Virus record (IMG/VR): IMGVR_UViG_3300032254_000261
Location: 1 to 30,544 of that record
DNA: 30,544 bases
Direction: 5' to 3' (one strand)
DNA from: a virus
Lineage: Duplodnaviria > Caudoviricetes
Shown here: in pieces, positions 8,113 to 15,785 of the stretch
How the letters are laid out: every line of letters starts with the position of its first letter
Position numbering within the stretch: the first letter of the stretch is position 1
Notes under the pieces: model-generated
Databases searched by the model: none
What the model was told of the DNA's origin: nothing
What the model saw: the letters and a program-made list of their open reading frames with translations, nothing else
Translations under genes and position numbers: made by a program

Positions 8113-9127
8113 GAGTAAACCCCGTATGTTTATGTTCAAGTGTTGGTTCATTAAGCATGTCAAAACCTTTTGATCTTGTAGCAATGCCTATGTGTGTTCT
8201 TCCGCCAACAGTTGCAGTGCCTCGCGAAAACTTTTGTACACCTGATTGAGTCATTACCAGTGTTGAAACAAAGTCTAAAGCATCTTGCAATGGTAGGTTG
8301 GCGTAATCAATGTTCGTACGATAATTGCTCCATCCTAAATCCACTTGAGGCTTGACGGGTAAACTTAAGTCAATACCATCCGGTAAATCCTGCTCAATTT
8401 TATTTAGGATTGTCCCGATGATTTTCGTCATACCACCGCACATATCATTATGATATGCGTCAAATATCTCATCGATAGTCTGCTCAATGGTGTATTTTAA
8501 TATACTATCATAACCGCGAATAAGGCGTTCGACATTATCAGCTTGTCCAGCCCAAGCTACTCCACATTCTCCATCTGCAAATTGTTCATCGACCTTTTTA
8601 TTCTGTACTTGAATCCTATATAAAGATGGAAACTTATCCCTGCGTCCATGGCCGCCTACTAAGAATTCTAATGGACTCCAGAATTCTTCAGGAACACCTG
8701 TATCTTTTTGATCTAGCTCATATTCTTTCCGCATAAACTTGTAAAACGAATTTGCTACCGCTTTTACATTTGCAAAGGGTGTTTTTCGCTCTTTTATGTG
8801 CTCATAAAACTCGCTTGCTAGGCTGGCTATAGTTCTATCGTTTAATTTAGCTTGTCCTGCGGTAGTGCCAGCAACAACAGTGCCATTATGCTCATAAAGC
8901 TTAAACATTTTTGTTACACCTGAATATGTTGCAGTAACTACACTCTCAGGATTTTTAAATGCGATTAATAAATTTCCTTCCTTATCTTTAAGGAACTCTC
9001 CATTTTCATCTGTTGCATAAGGCCCACTTCCTTTAAAGGGGTCAATCATGGTTTTTGAAATACTTGAGATGCTATCGCAGCCAAGAATAAGTGCCTCACT
9101 TGTAACAAGCCCTACATTAATAGTCAT
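8105..9127 (-). CDS. Proteasome-beta/HslV-like Ntn hydrolase
   Basis: After Met removal Thr1 and Asp17 (TINVGLVTSEALILGCDS); VTKMF (Lys33-like), GTTAG, FLVGG and TVGGRTHIGIAT fit the beta-subunit pattern. Confidence 0.78.
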   Translation of the reverse strand: MTINVGLVTSEALILGCDSISSISKTMIDPFKGSGPYATDENGEFLKDKEGNLLIAFKNPESVVTATYSGVTKMFKLYEHNGTVVAGTTAGQAKLNDRTIASLASEFYEHIKERKTPFANVKAVANSFYKFMRKEYELDQKDTGVPEEFWSPLEFLVGGHGRRDKFPSLYRIQVQNKKVDEQFADGECGVAWAGQADNVERLIRGYDSILKYTIEQTIDEIFDAYHNDMCGGMTKIIGTILNKIEQDLPDGIDLSLPVKPQVDLGWSNYRTNIDYANLPLQDALDFVSTLVMTQSGVQKFSRGTATVGGRTHIGIATRSKGFDMLNEPTLEHKHTGFTHD

Positions 9128-9184
9128 CTTATTATTAGCTCATATTTCAAGTTTTCATTCACAGCTTCTCTCTTCTAAAGATAG

Positions 9185-9445
9185 CTATTCCGCCTTATCC
9201 CGAAACGCGAAAAACAGGGCGCCAGCGATTAATATCAGGCCAGCCCATTGAGTCAAAAGGGTGTCCGTATTGACAATGCCAACCCAATTACTTCTACTTG
9301 CCAGGTTGGGGGGCTCAAAGATCAGGGCATACCCAAGATTTACATCGCCTAGTCCAGTTTTGTAGAAGTGAAAAGGCGGGTATATCAGCATCAGGGCAGC
9401 TACCAGCGCAGCGCCTATTACAATCTTCTTCTGGGTGGAGTTCAT
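9185..9445 (-). CDS. Two-TM membrane protein coupled to cI
   Basis: ATGA overlap with the cI stop at 9442-9445; hydrophobic IVIGAALVAALMLIYPPF and WAGLILIAGALFFAF. Confidence 0.75.
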   Translation of the reverse strand: MNSTQKKIVIGAALVAALMLIYPPFHFYKTGLGDVNLGYALIFEPPNLASRSNWVGIVNTDTLLTQWAGLILIAGALFFAFRDKAE

Positions 9446-10176
9446 AGCTTCTTCCCATTCCATACCCAGGCGACGCGCCCAAGTACGTCCAAGCCGTCCT
9501 TGTCGCCGTTTTCAACGATATAAGGATCGTAGAGTGGGTTATCGCTTTTGATGACTAGAGCGCCGTCCATACGTCGCTGTACACGCTTAACAAACAGCTC
9601 GTCATTCATGGCGATGACATAAACCGCGTCAACCTTCATTTTATTAACGCCGCGATCAATGAGCAGCGTATCACCATCAGAGAAGGTTGGGGCCATTGAG
9701 TCACCGAAGGCGGTGATAACCGCCAGGTTGTCTGGCTTGCTTATTGACAGGGTGTTTCTAATCCATTGGCGTGACACTTTGAGGTGTCCGATAACAATTT
9801 CGTGAGATAAAACAGCTTTCCCATTCCCCATTGATGCGGTGGCGTCTGAAATTGGAACGAACAGGTCGTCGTTTGGCGATTGGAGTAATTTGTCTGCGAT
9901 GTTGGTGACATTGTTCGTAGTGGGGGCGGTGGCGGTATGCGGATTAGTATCCATCCATCCTGACTGCTTCCCAAATGCCTTTTCGAGTCTTTCAGCCATA
10001 TCATCGGTGATGGATCGAATTGTGCCTTTCTTTGTTTTTACCCCTGTTTTTAATTGACTCAAGTAAGCCTCATCTGTTCCGGCTTTCTTTGCAATATCAA
10101 CAGCTTTTTCCTCGTTAAGAATCTGCGCGAGTCTGGCGCGTCGATTCCTTTGTCTCTCTTCTTTTGTCATGAGCAT
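9442..10176 (-). CDS. cI: CI repressor (HTH + S24 autoprotease)
   Basis: N-terminal HTH; ASMGNG cleavage-loop region, GDSMAPT catalytic Ser, VKR catalytic Lys; divergent from cro. Confidence 0.93.
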   Translation of the reverse strand: MLMTKEERQRNRRARLAQILNEEKAVDIAKKAGTDEAYLSQLKTGVKTKKGTIRSITDDMAERLEKAFGKQSGWMDTNPHTATAPTTNNVTNIADKLLQSPNDDLFVPISDATASMGNGKAVLSHEIVIGHLKVSRQWIRNTLSISKPDNLAVITAFGDSMAPTFSDGDTLLIDRGVNKMKVDAVYVIAMNDELFVKRVQRRMDGALVIKSDNPLYDPYIVENGDKDGLDVLGRVAWVWNGKKL

Positions 10177-10186
10177 ATTAGACCTC

Positions 10187-10215
10187 AGTTTAGCAAGATG
10201 ATAAATGAGCAGCGT
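10187..10215 (-). promoter_or_regulatory. PRM candidate
   Basis: Extended -10 TGC-TAAACT (10195-10187) with a poor -35, overlapped by an operator, just upstream of cI. Confidence 0.45.
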
Positions 10216-10253
10216 GCTAAATAATTAATTGACAAATAATTAGCACAGAGCTA
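10191..10253. promoter_or_regulatory. OR operators
   Basis: TAGCAAGATGATA 10191-10203, GAGCAGCGTGCTA 10207-10219, TAGCACAGAGCTA 10241-10253. Confidence 0.8.
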
Positions 10254-10257
10254 TAGT
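10229..10257 (+). promoter_or_regulatory. pR promoter
   Basis: TTGACA (10229-10234), 17 bp, TATAGT (10252-10257). Confidence 0.88.
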
Positions 10258-10264
10258 CCGAAGC

Positions 10265-10477
10265 ATGGACATGAGATCGTATCTATTGGGAGTTAGCCCA
10301 GAAAAGAGAGAGGAAGTAGCGAAGGAAGCTGATACTTCTGTCGCGTACTTATTTCAGTTAGCGGGAGGCCATCGCAAGGCCAGCCCTGATCTTGCTCGTT
10401 CTATTCAATCAGCCACCAACGGCGCAGTCACAAAAGAAGAATTACGCCCTGATATTTGGGGCGAAGAAGCCGCCTAA
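10265..10477 (+). CDS. cro: Cro-like (YdaS-type) HTH regulator
   Basis: TSVAYLFQLAGGHRKASP.LA..I..ATNGAVT.EELRPDIW pattern; divergent from cI. Confidence 0.88.
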   Translation: MDMRSYLLGVSPEKREEVAKEADTSVAYLFQLAGGHRKASPDLARSIQSATNGAVTKEELRPDIWGEEAA

Positions 10478-10508
10478 AAAAATTACAAGCAACGAACAAA
10501 AACAAAGC

Positions 10509-10531
10509 GAGCAAGTTTGCTCCCTTTTTTT
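10509..10531 (+). terminator. tR1-like terminator
   Basis: GAGCAA-GT-TTGCTC hairpin then CC and a T-run after cro. Confidence 0.5.
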
Positions 10532-10561
10532 ATACAAAAAATGACTGGTAAACACTGGTAA
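10529..10561 (-). promoter_or_regulatory. PRE-like CII-activated promoter
   Basis: Minus strand TTAC-N6-TTAC, 13 nt, TATAAA; same geometry as lambda PRE (TTGC-N6-TTGC). Confidence 0.6.
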
Positions 10562-10599
10562 CAAAAGAGGCCCGCTGGTAAAGGCCGGCAGAGGGTGGA

Positions 10600-10890
10600 A
10601 TGAGCTTTAATAATCAAGAACTTGTAAGCGCCTTAATCCGGTTCGGCAATCATCGCCTGGCTGATTTATGGGAAGTGTCTGAAGCGGAAGCCAGCAGACG
10701 ATTATCAGGTGAGCGCAATATTCCACTTAAAGACTTTATTTCTGCGCTTGATGCGATAAAGGCTTACGTTGTCACCGATCCTGATTCCAGGTGCATTCAT
10801 AAAGACGAACTTCACGCTTTAAACATGCTGTCGAAGCGTTATCTCGATAGGCGGATGACGCAAAACAATGGCGATAGATCGGATGATTAA
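10600..10890 (+). CDS. cII: CII-like transcriptional activator
   Basis: HTH GNHRLADLWEVSEAEASRRLSG; position after cro; PRE-like site just upstream. Confidence 0.7.
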   Translation: MSFNNQELVSALIRFGNHRLADLWEVSEAEASRRLSGERNIPLKDFISALDAIKAYVVTDPDSRCIHKDELHALNMLSKRYLDRRMTQNNGDRSDD

Positions 10891-11107
10891 TCCAATGACC
10901 ATTGCTTACATTTTAGCGATGTTTCTCGCGTCGGTGAGTATCGTGCTTTCTTTAACCGTTCCTATTACCCCATCTGAAAAAATTACGACCCACGTATATA
11001 AATCCTGTCCTTTGCGGCTTGAAGACAAGCAGATTTGGGATACATGCGAATGTATCGAGGAAGGCGGAAAGCCGGTTGTTGTGCGGTGCTGGAGGGGTGA
11101 TGTGTGA
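10883..11107 (+). CDS. Small membrane-anchored Cys-containing protein
   Basis: N-terminal hydrophobic helix and four Cys; overlaps both neighbours. Confidence 0.5.
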   Translation: MINPMTIAYILAMFLASVSIVLSLTVPITPSEKITTHVYKSCPLRLEDKQIWDTCECIEEGGKPVVVRCWRGDV

Positions 11108-11279
11108 GCCACAATCAAGTTTAAAAGCACTTATACGTAAGTACGAAGCTGATCTGGCGTCGCACGAAGCGCCAGTACGTAATGCGGCGAAGATTAAGTT
11201 ATCGGAGCTTAGACACGCTCAGGAGAACTTGGACGATCATCTAAGGTTTATGGAATTTGAATCAGAATTTTTGCAATAA
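11100..11279 (+). CDS. Hypothetical protein
   Basis: GGAGG SD before ATG 11100 (MCEPQSS...). Confidence 0.5.
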   Translation: MCEPQSSLKALIRKYEADLASHEAPVRNAAKIKLSELRHAQENLDDHLRFMEFESEFLQ

Positions 11280-11315
11280 AAAACCCCGCGACTGGGCAAG
11301 TCATTAGCGGGGTTT
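11278..11315 (-). terminator. Hairpin with A-run on its left side (minus-strand terminator candidate)
   Basis: AAACCCCGC (11281-11289)/GCGGGGTTT (11307-11315) with an inner GACT/AGTC pair. Confidence 0.45.
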
Positions 11316-11342
11316 GGTACAACTTGAGAAGGGAATTATAGC

Positions 11343-11924
11343 ATGGCAAAAGTAATTTTTGAATCAGAAAAAGAGCTTGAAGATTATATTTGTGAAAAAT
11401 TAGAAGAAAACAAGCACTGCCCAATAGGTGATGAGTCGGTAGATATGTATTTCAGGCAGTTGAACATTGGCGCTTACGGTGTTGCAGATATTGTAAAGAT
11501 AAGCTTTAACCTTAGCTCGCCTGAAATATGCATAACGGTCCTTGAGTTAAAAAAAGAAAAAATTACATTATCAACAATTGCTCAAGTAGCTCGGTATATG
11601 ACAGGAATAAAGCATTTTATTAATGAGCGATATACCAATAAGTCTAAATATATAACTGTTTTTGGTGAGGTAGCGGCACCAGGAATATGCACAGACGATG
11701 ATGCCTGCTATTTAAGTGGACAGCTAGATAATATTAAAATTTATGATATCTCATGCTGCCTTGATACTGGTTTTATAAGTAGTGATGGTGGTGTCTGGGT
11801 AAAAACTGAGCCAAATTTTAAGAATCTAAATGAGGCTTCTAAAGCGATTAAAGAAAATTACGTTGAATGTAAGCGAGGTTGTTTTGATTCATTTAATAAT
11901 ATGCCCGCAAGGAAAAATACATGA
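11343..11924 (+). CDS. PD-(D/E)xK nuclease-like protein (resembles the NucS C-terminal domain)
   Basis: ESEKELEDYI...GVADIV...VLELKK...AQVARY; AT-rich. Confidence 0.65.
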   Translation: MAKVIFESEKELEDYICEKLEENKHCPIGDESVDMYFRQLNIGAYGVADIVKISFNLSSPEICITVLELKKEKITLSTIAQVARYMTGIKHFINERYTNKSKYITVFGEVAAPGICTDDDACYLSGQLDNIKIYDISCCLDTGFISSDGGVWVKTEPNFKNLNEASKAIKENYVECKRGCFDSFNNMPARKNT

Positions 11925-12652
11925 GCCTACCTTGGTTCCGCATGTATTCAGAGTTTTCCGGCGACCCTCTTGTGCAGTCATTAGCATTTGAGGATCAACG
12001 CCATTACATAATTATTTTATGCCTGAAATGTAACGGGCTATTAGATAGAAAAATAGCCCAGAGCCGTAGAAATGGGATTATCTCTGCCGCGCTTGGGCTT
12101 GATGTTTCAACGGCAGATGAAGTCAAAAAACGGCTAATGGAAATTGATTTAATTTCAAAAAATTGGCAGCCGAAGGCGTGGGATAAGCGGCAGTATAAAA
12201 GCGACAATTCAACACAAAGAACACGTAAGTATAGGAAAACAAAGGAAACGTGTGACGTTTCAGGAACATCTGGGAACAGTCACAGTGACGCACCAGATAC
12301 AGATACAGATACAGATACAGAAAAACATAAAAAAACTAAACAAAAAAAGTTCATTCCACCAACGCTCGACGACGTGAGCAAATACTGCATCAAGCGAAAC
12401 AACAACGTTGACCCTGATCGTTTTTTCAACCACTACGAAGCAAACGGATGGATGCGTGGGAAAAACAAAATCAAAAACTGGAAAGCATGTGTAAGAACTT
12501 GGGAACTAACTGAGAGAAAAAACAATGAAACACGCAAGCCAATGTCTGCAGTCGAACAAGTCGCAGCCGCAAACCGAGAAGCCGAAAAACGAGAGCAACA
12601 AGGACAAAGTGTTACCGAAACATATCCGCGAGTTGTGGGTGCGGATGGCTGA
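11921..12652 (+). CDS. Replication initiator (O-analogue)
   Basis: WFRMYSEF..DP N-terminus, DTDTDT linker, C-terminal FIPPT...FFNHYEANGW...KNWKACVRTWE domain. Confidence 0.8.
   Translation: MSLPWFRMYSEFSGDPLVQSLAFEDQRHYIIILCLKCNGLLDRKIAQSRRNGIISAALGLDVSTADEVKKRLMEIDLISKNWQPKAWDKRQYKSDNSTQRTRKYRKTKETCDVSGTSGNSHSDAPDTDTDTDTEKHKKTKQKKFIPPTLDDVSKYCIKRNNNVDPDRFFNHYEANGWMRGKNKIKNWKACVRTWELTERKNNETRKPMSAVEQVAAANREAEKREQQGQSVTETYPRVVGADG
12245..12321. repeat. Putative replication origin inside the initiator gene
   Basis: Palindromes GAAACG-TGTGA-CGTTTC (12245-12261) and GTCAC-A-GTGAC (12279-12289), (CAGATA)x4.7 at 12294-12321, then an A-rich tract. Confidence 0.5.
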
Positions 12653-13037
12653 GATTTACGGACACAAGTGGGTAAGTGCTCACGGCGCGAGTGATATAAA
12701 TAATACCTGGTTGGCAGGGTTAGAGGATTTGCTGCCAAAAAGTATTGGCGTGGGATTGACTGCCTGTATTAAGCGATCCGATCCGTGGCCGCCTTCGCTC
12801 CCTGAGTTTCGGTCTTTATGCCTTGGGCTTCCAGGTGAGTCGATTGCTATTGCAAAAGCAATGAGAGGTGATCTTGATAATTTAAGTGTTGAGATACGCC
12901 GCCTTGTTGGGACGTGGGCCATGAATCACGGAAGCGAGCGCGAAATAAAAGAAAAGGCCAGGGCTGTATACATGGATGCGCTCAATTCAATCACAAACAA
13001 AATGCTAACGCTGAGCAATGACATCCCAGCTCTGTGA
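12525..13037 (+). CDS. Replication protein P-like (helicase loader candidate)
   Basis: LWVRMAEIYGHKWVS...W..GL...WPPSLPEFRSLC; follows the initiator. Confidence 0.7.
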   Translation: MKHASQCLQSNKSQPQTEKPKNESNKDKVLPKHIRELWVRMAEIYGHKWVSAHGASDINNTWLAGLEDLLPKSIGVGLTACIKRSDPWPPSLPEFRSLCLGLPGESIAIAKAMRGDLDNLSVEIRRLVGTWAMNHGSEREIKEKARAVYMDALNSITNKMLTLSNDIPAL

Positions 13038-13308
13038 GGCAACGCAAAAGCTAACGGTTATTGCAGACCGTGACAAAGACAGGAGAAAAAAACAGCGCAA
13101 TGAAATGTGGAAACGAATTGGGAAGGTTGAAGGTTTGCAAGGATTTATGCGTAGCCTTTCTGCTGCTGGCCTCACGTTTCACAAGACAAGGCCGGTGATT
13201 TTTGAGGATGAATACCCAACTTACAAGTGGCGCGGAAAAATTAAAATTCATGGTTGTGAGATTGGCATATCGGTTTTGGATATCCCAAAAAAGAGGTTAA
13301 GGCGATAA
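13018..13308 (+). CDS. Hypothetical protein
   Basis: Operon-packed ORF. Confidence 0.55.
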   Translation: MTSQLCEATQKLTVIADRDKDRRKKQRNEMWKRIGKVEGLQGFMRSLSAAGLTFHKTRPVIFEDEYPTYKWRGKIKIHGCEIGISVLDIPKKRLRR

Positions 13309-13580
13309 GCGCTCTCGAATCAAAATTTGAAGAATACGACCAGCGCAATCCGCACATCTTCAGGCTGTTTGTGAAGTTTTCTCGGGAAGCTATGCGGCGA
13401 GGGTATCAGCATTTCGGTTCAAAGGCTGTGTTTGAGCGCATACGTTGGCACATGAATATCGAGACAACAGGTGATCCGTTTAAGGTCAATAATTCATACG
13501 TATCGAGGTATGTGCGGAAGCTGGAATCAGAATACCCGGAGTTTTCTGGATTTTATAGGACGAGGGAGTTAAGAGCGTGA
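13305..13580 (+). CDS. Conserved phage protein, probable ATA start
   Basis: Frame open from ATA 13305 after GAGG: SALESKFEEYDQRNPHIF...FERIRWH...FKVNNSY.SRY. Confidence 0.6.
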   Translation: MSALESKFEEYDQRNPHIFRLFVKFSREAMRRGYQHFGSKAVFERIRWHMNIETTGDPFKVNNSYVSRYVRKLESEYPEFSGFYRTRELRA

Positions 13581-14044
13581 AGCAAACCTTCGTTATCCAT
13601 AAGCCAGACGACATGAAAGCGCCGCTAGGTGTGATCGCTGAAATGCCAATGGATAATCCGTGGCAAATAGAAATAAGCCCGTATAAGAAAAACAGGTCGA
13701 AGGCCCAGAACAGACTACAGCGGTTATGGATACTTCAAGGGGTTGCGCAAATTGGCTGGGAGTCTGAGCATATTCGGGCTCATTGTAAATTGCACTTCGG
13801 CGTGCCGATCCTTCGCGCAGAAAATGACGATTTCAGGGAAGCGTATGACAGGGTTATCAAGCCGCACAGCTATGAAGACAAGCTCGCGATGATGGCTGAG
13901 CCTTTGGATTTCCCGGTAACGCGCCTGATGAACACCAAGCAGAACACGCAATACCTGGATGCAATGTATGTCTGGCTGACGGGGGAGGGGTGCAATCTTT
14001 CAGAACCGAGCGATTTATTTAACGAGGCAATGGGGCGTAAATGA
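13577..14044 (+). CDS. ninB: NinB-family recombination protein
   Basis: IEISPYKKNRSKAQNRL..LW and TRLMNTKQ..QYLD motifs. Confidence 0.75.
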   Translation: MKQTFVIHKPDDMKAPLGVIAEMPMDNPWQIEISPYKKNRSKAQNRLQRLWILQGVAQIGWESEHIRAHCKLHFGVPILRAENDDFREAYDRVIKPHSYEDKLAMMAEPLDFPVTRLMNTKQNTQYLDAMYVWLTGEGCNLSEPSDLFNEAMGRK

Positions 14045-14352
14045 TGTTTGATAAAAGCCCGCGTTATAAAAACAAAAAATTGCTTAGTGCTGCTTTTGAC
14101 AAGACGTGTATTAAATGCGGCATACACGATGAAACAGTAGTAGCGGCGCATTATTGCGGCATCGGTCAAGTCAGGCTTGGAAAAGGCACTGGGTCGAAAG
14201 TGCATGATTTCTGTGTTGCTGATCTGTGTGACAGGTGCCATTCAGAGTTCGACCAATACAAAAACGATAACGATTATGAGCGAGCATGGGAGTTCCTGCT
14301 TTTATGTATGTTGACGCTTAACAGGAGATTTGTAGAGGGGGTGATTAAGTGA
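14041..14352 (+). CDS. DUF1364/YbcO-like HNH-fold protein
   Basis: CIKCG...ETVVAAH...GKGTGSKVHD...LCDRCH..FD. Confidence 0.7.
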   Translation: MMFDKSPRYKNKKLLSAAFDKTCIKCGIHDETVVAAHYCGIGQVRLGKGTGSKVHDFCVADLCDRCHSEFDQYKNDNDYERAWEFLLLCMLTLNRRFVEGVIK

Positions 14353-14570
14353 GCAATGAAAAAAGATACACGATTACTGTTACCGAGCATGCTGTTGAAA
14401 CGGTAATAGCTGGAAAGTCTTGGGAGAAAGATGCTGGGGAAGGTGGCAGGTACGGTTATACACCTGAGATTGAAAAGAGAACGGTTGTTGTAAGGAAAGT
14501 GTTTGAACAAAACACCGATGAGCTTGATTTGGTAAATGTGATTAAGGCGGTAAATGGGCTGGAAAGGTAA
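14349..14570 (+). CDS. Hypothetical protein
   Basis: GTGA-coupled ORF. Confidence 0.6.
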   Translation: MSNEKRYTITVTEHAVETVIAGKSWEKDAGEGGRYGYTPEIEKRTVVVRKVFEQNTDELDLVNVIKAVNGLER

Positions 14571-14595
14571 GGCAATTTAGGGAGATAAAAATAAC

Positions 14596-15177
14596 GTGAA
14601 TATTCGTGTAGAAATTATTTCTGAGCTAAAAAGGCTTCGTGAGCAAGACGTATATCGAATTGCAGCAAGTGATTTGGGTGATATTTTAGATATGTATAGC
14701 GCTGATCAAATGGACTTTGCTCTTAGGAATATGGTTCGCGATAAGAAAATTGAAGCGACAAAAGATTTTGGGGTAATGTTTTATTTTTTACCGGAAAAAG
14801 CAAAAAGCCCAATTCAGAAAGCAGCAATTACTAAAGCGCCAGCTAAGATTGTTAAATCGCAAACGCAAACGGATAAGAAGCCAGCAGCAAAGAAAGTTAA
14901 GCCTGCTATTGAAACCACTTCAAAAAAGCAAAAGCCAGACAAGAGCCCACGTCATGACACTGGTAGCGTTGTCACTCACAAAGAAAAGGTCGATGTTCGC
15001 TATGCACTCAGTATTATCGAGAAAGCGCTTCTAAAGCCTGACGTCAAAATTGACAGGCTTGAGCTGAAAGTGGATACGCTAAAGGACATCGCTAGAATGT
15101 TTAATGAAAAAGTTAGCCCCATTCTGCTTGAGATAGCCGGGGATCTGGAGGTAGTAAACGAAGGAAAGGTCGCGTGA
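14596..15177 (+). CDS. Hypothetical protein, possible winged-helix N-terminus with Lys-rich linker
   Basis: Long ORF with SD; function not recognised. Confidence 0.55.
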   Translation: MNIRVEIISELKRLREQDVYRIAASDLGDILDMYSADQMDFALRNMVRDKKIEATKDFGVMFYFLPEKAKSPIQKAAITKAPAKIVKSQTQTDKKPAAKKVKPAIETTSKKQKPDKSPRHDTGSVVTHKEKVDVRYALSIIEKALLKPDVKIDRLELKVDTLKDIARMFNEKVSPILLEIAGDLEVVNEGKVA

Positions 15178-15449
15178 CAGACCTAACCCCGATGGAAAAT
15201 GAAGCTCAGTTGCGAGAGATTTTGGAAAAGAAGTGTCTGGTGTGTGTGAATCACGTAATTGTTGCAGGAATTAGCGTTGTTTGCTCAAAAGGGCTGAGGT
15301 TTCCAGAATGTCGAAATGATAAGGCAGATGGTTTCAGGCTTATTGACGACAGCGAGGCACCTGAAATGTGGCGACACCACTGCAAGGTGCAGGGATCTAT
15401 ATCGATCGCAGTGGGGTTTGAGTGTGATTGGTGCGGAGCGGAGGAATGA
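15174..15449 (+). CDS. Cys-rich hypothetical protein
   Basis: CLVC..H, WRHHC and ECDWCG motifs; coupled on both sides. Confidence 0.55.
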   Translation: MTDLTPMENEAQLREILEKKCLVCVNHVIVAGISVVCSKGLRFPECRNDKADGFRLIDDSEAPEMWRHHCKVQGSISIAVGFECDWCGAEE

Positions 15450-15766
15450 CTGATGAAAGAAGAAAAACTGGTGATGAGGATTGTTCTACCGTTCAGGCTT
15501 CCGACCTGGAACCGGATTCTGGCGATGCACCATTGGGATCGGAAGAAGTTGAGGGATTGGATACACAAGGCCGTGTCCGCATCCATATCCACTCCAGAAG
15601 AAAACGGTTGTGTGACTCTGACGGCGTCAGCGGAAAGGCTGTCATCGATGGGGTTGTCCATGCCGGAATACTTGCAGATGATAGCCCCAAGTACGTCAAA
15701 GAAGTCAGCTACAGCCAAGAAAAAACGACCGAGAAGGAAGAAACAATCATCGAGATATGGCAATAA
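15446..15766 (+). CDS. RusA-like resolvase, catalytic portion
   Basis: RKRLCDSDG..GKAVIDGVVHAGILADDS matches RusA D.DN..K...D.L...G...DD; ATGA-coupled start at 15446. Confidence 0.7.
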   Translation: MTDERRKTGDEDCSTVQASDLEPDSGDAPLGSEEVEGLDTQGRVRIHIHSRRKRLCDSDGVSGKAVIDGVVHAGILADDSPKYVKEVSYSQEKTTEKEETIIEIWQ

Positions 15767-15785
15767 CTTTCGGAGAGTCGGATGA
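15453..15785 (+). CDS. Overlapping ORF carrying a RusA-like N-terminal segment
   Basis: MRIVLPFRLPTWNRILAMHHWDRKKLRDWI; stop is ATGA-coupled to Q. Confidence 0.5.
   Translation: MKEEKLVMRIVLPFRLPTWNRILAMHHWDRKKLRDWIHKAVSASISTPEENGCVTLTASAERLSSMGLSMPEYLQMIAPSTSKKSATAKKKRPRRKKQSSRYGNNFRRVG

Noticed and set aside
10541-10561. Minigene MTGKHW
   Set aside because: No SD; likely a by-product of the CTGGTAA repeats.
12294-12321. Phase-variable microsatellite
   Set aside because: In-frame hexamer encoding the DTDTDT linker common in phage initiators.
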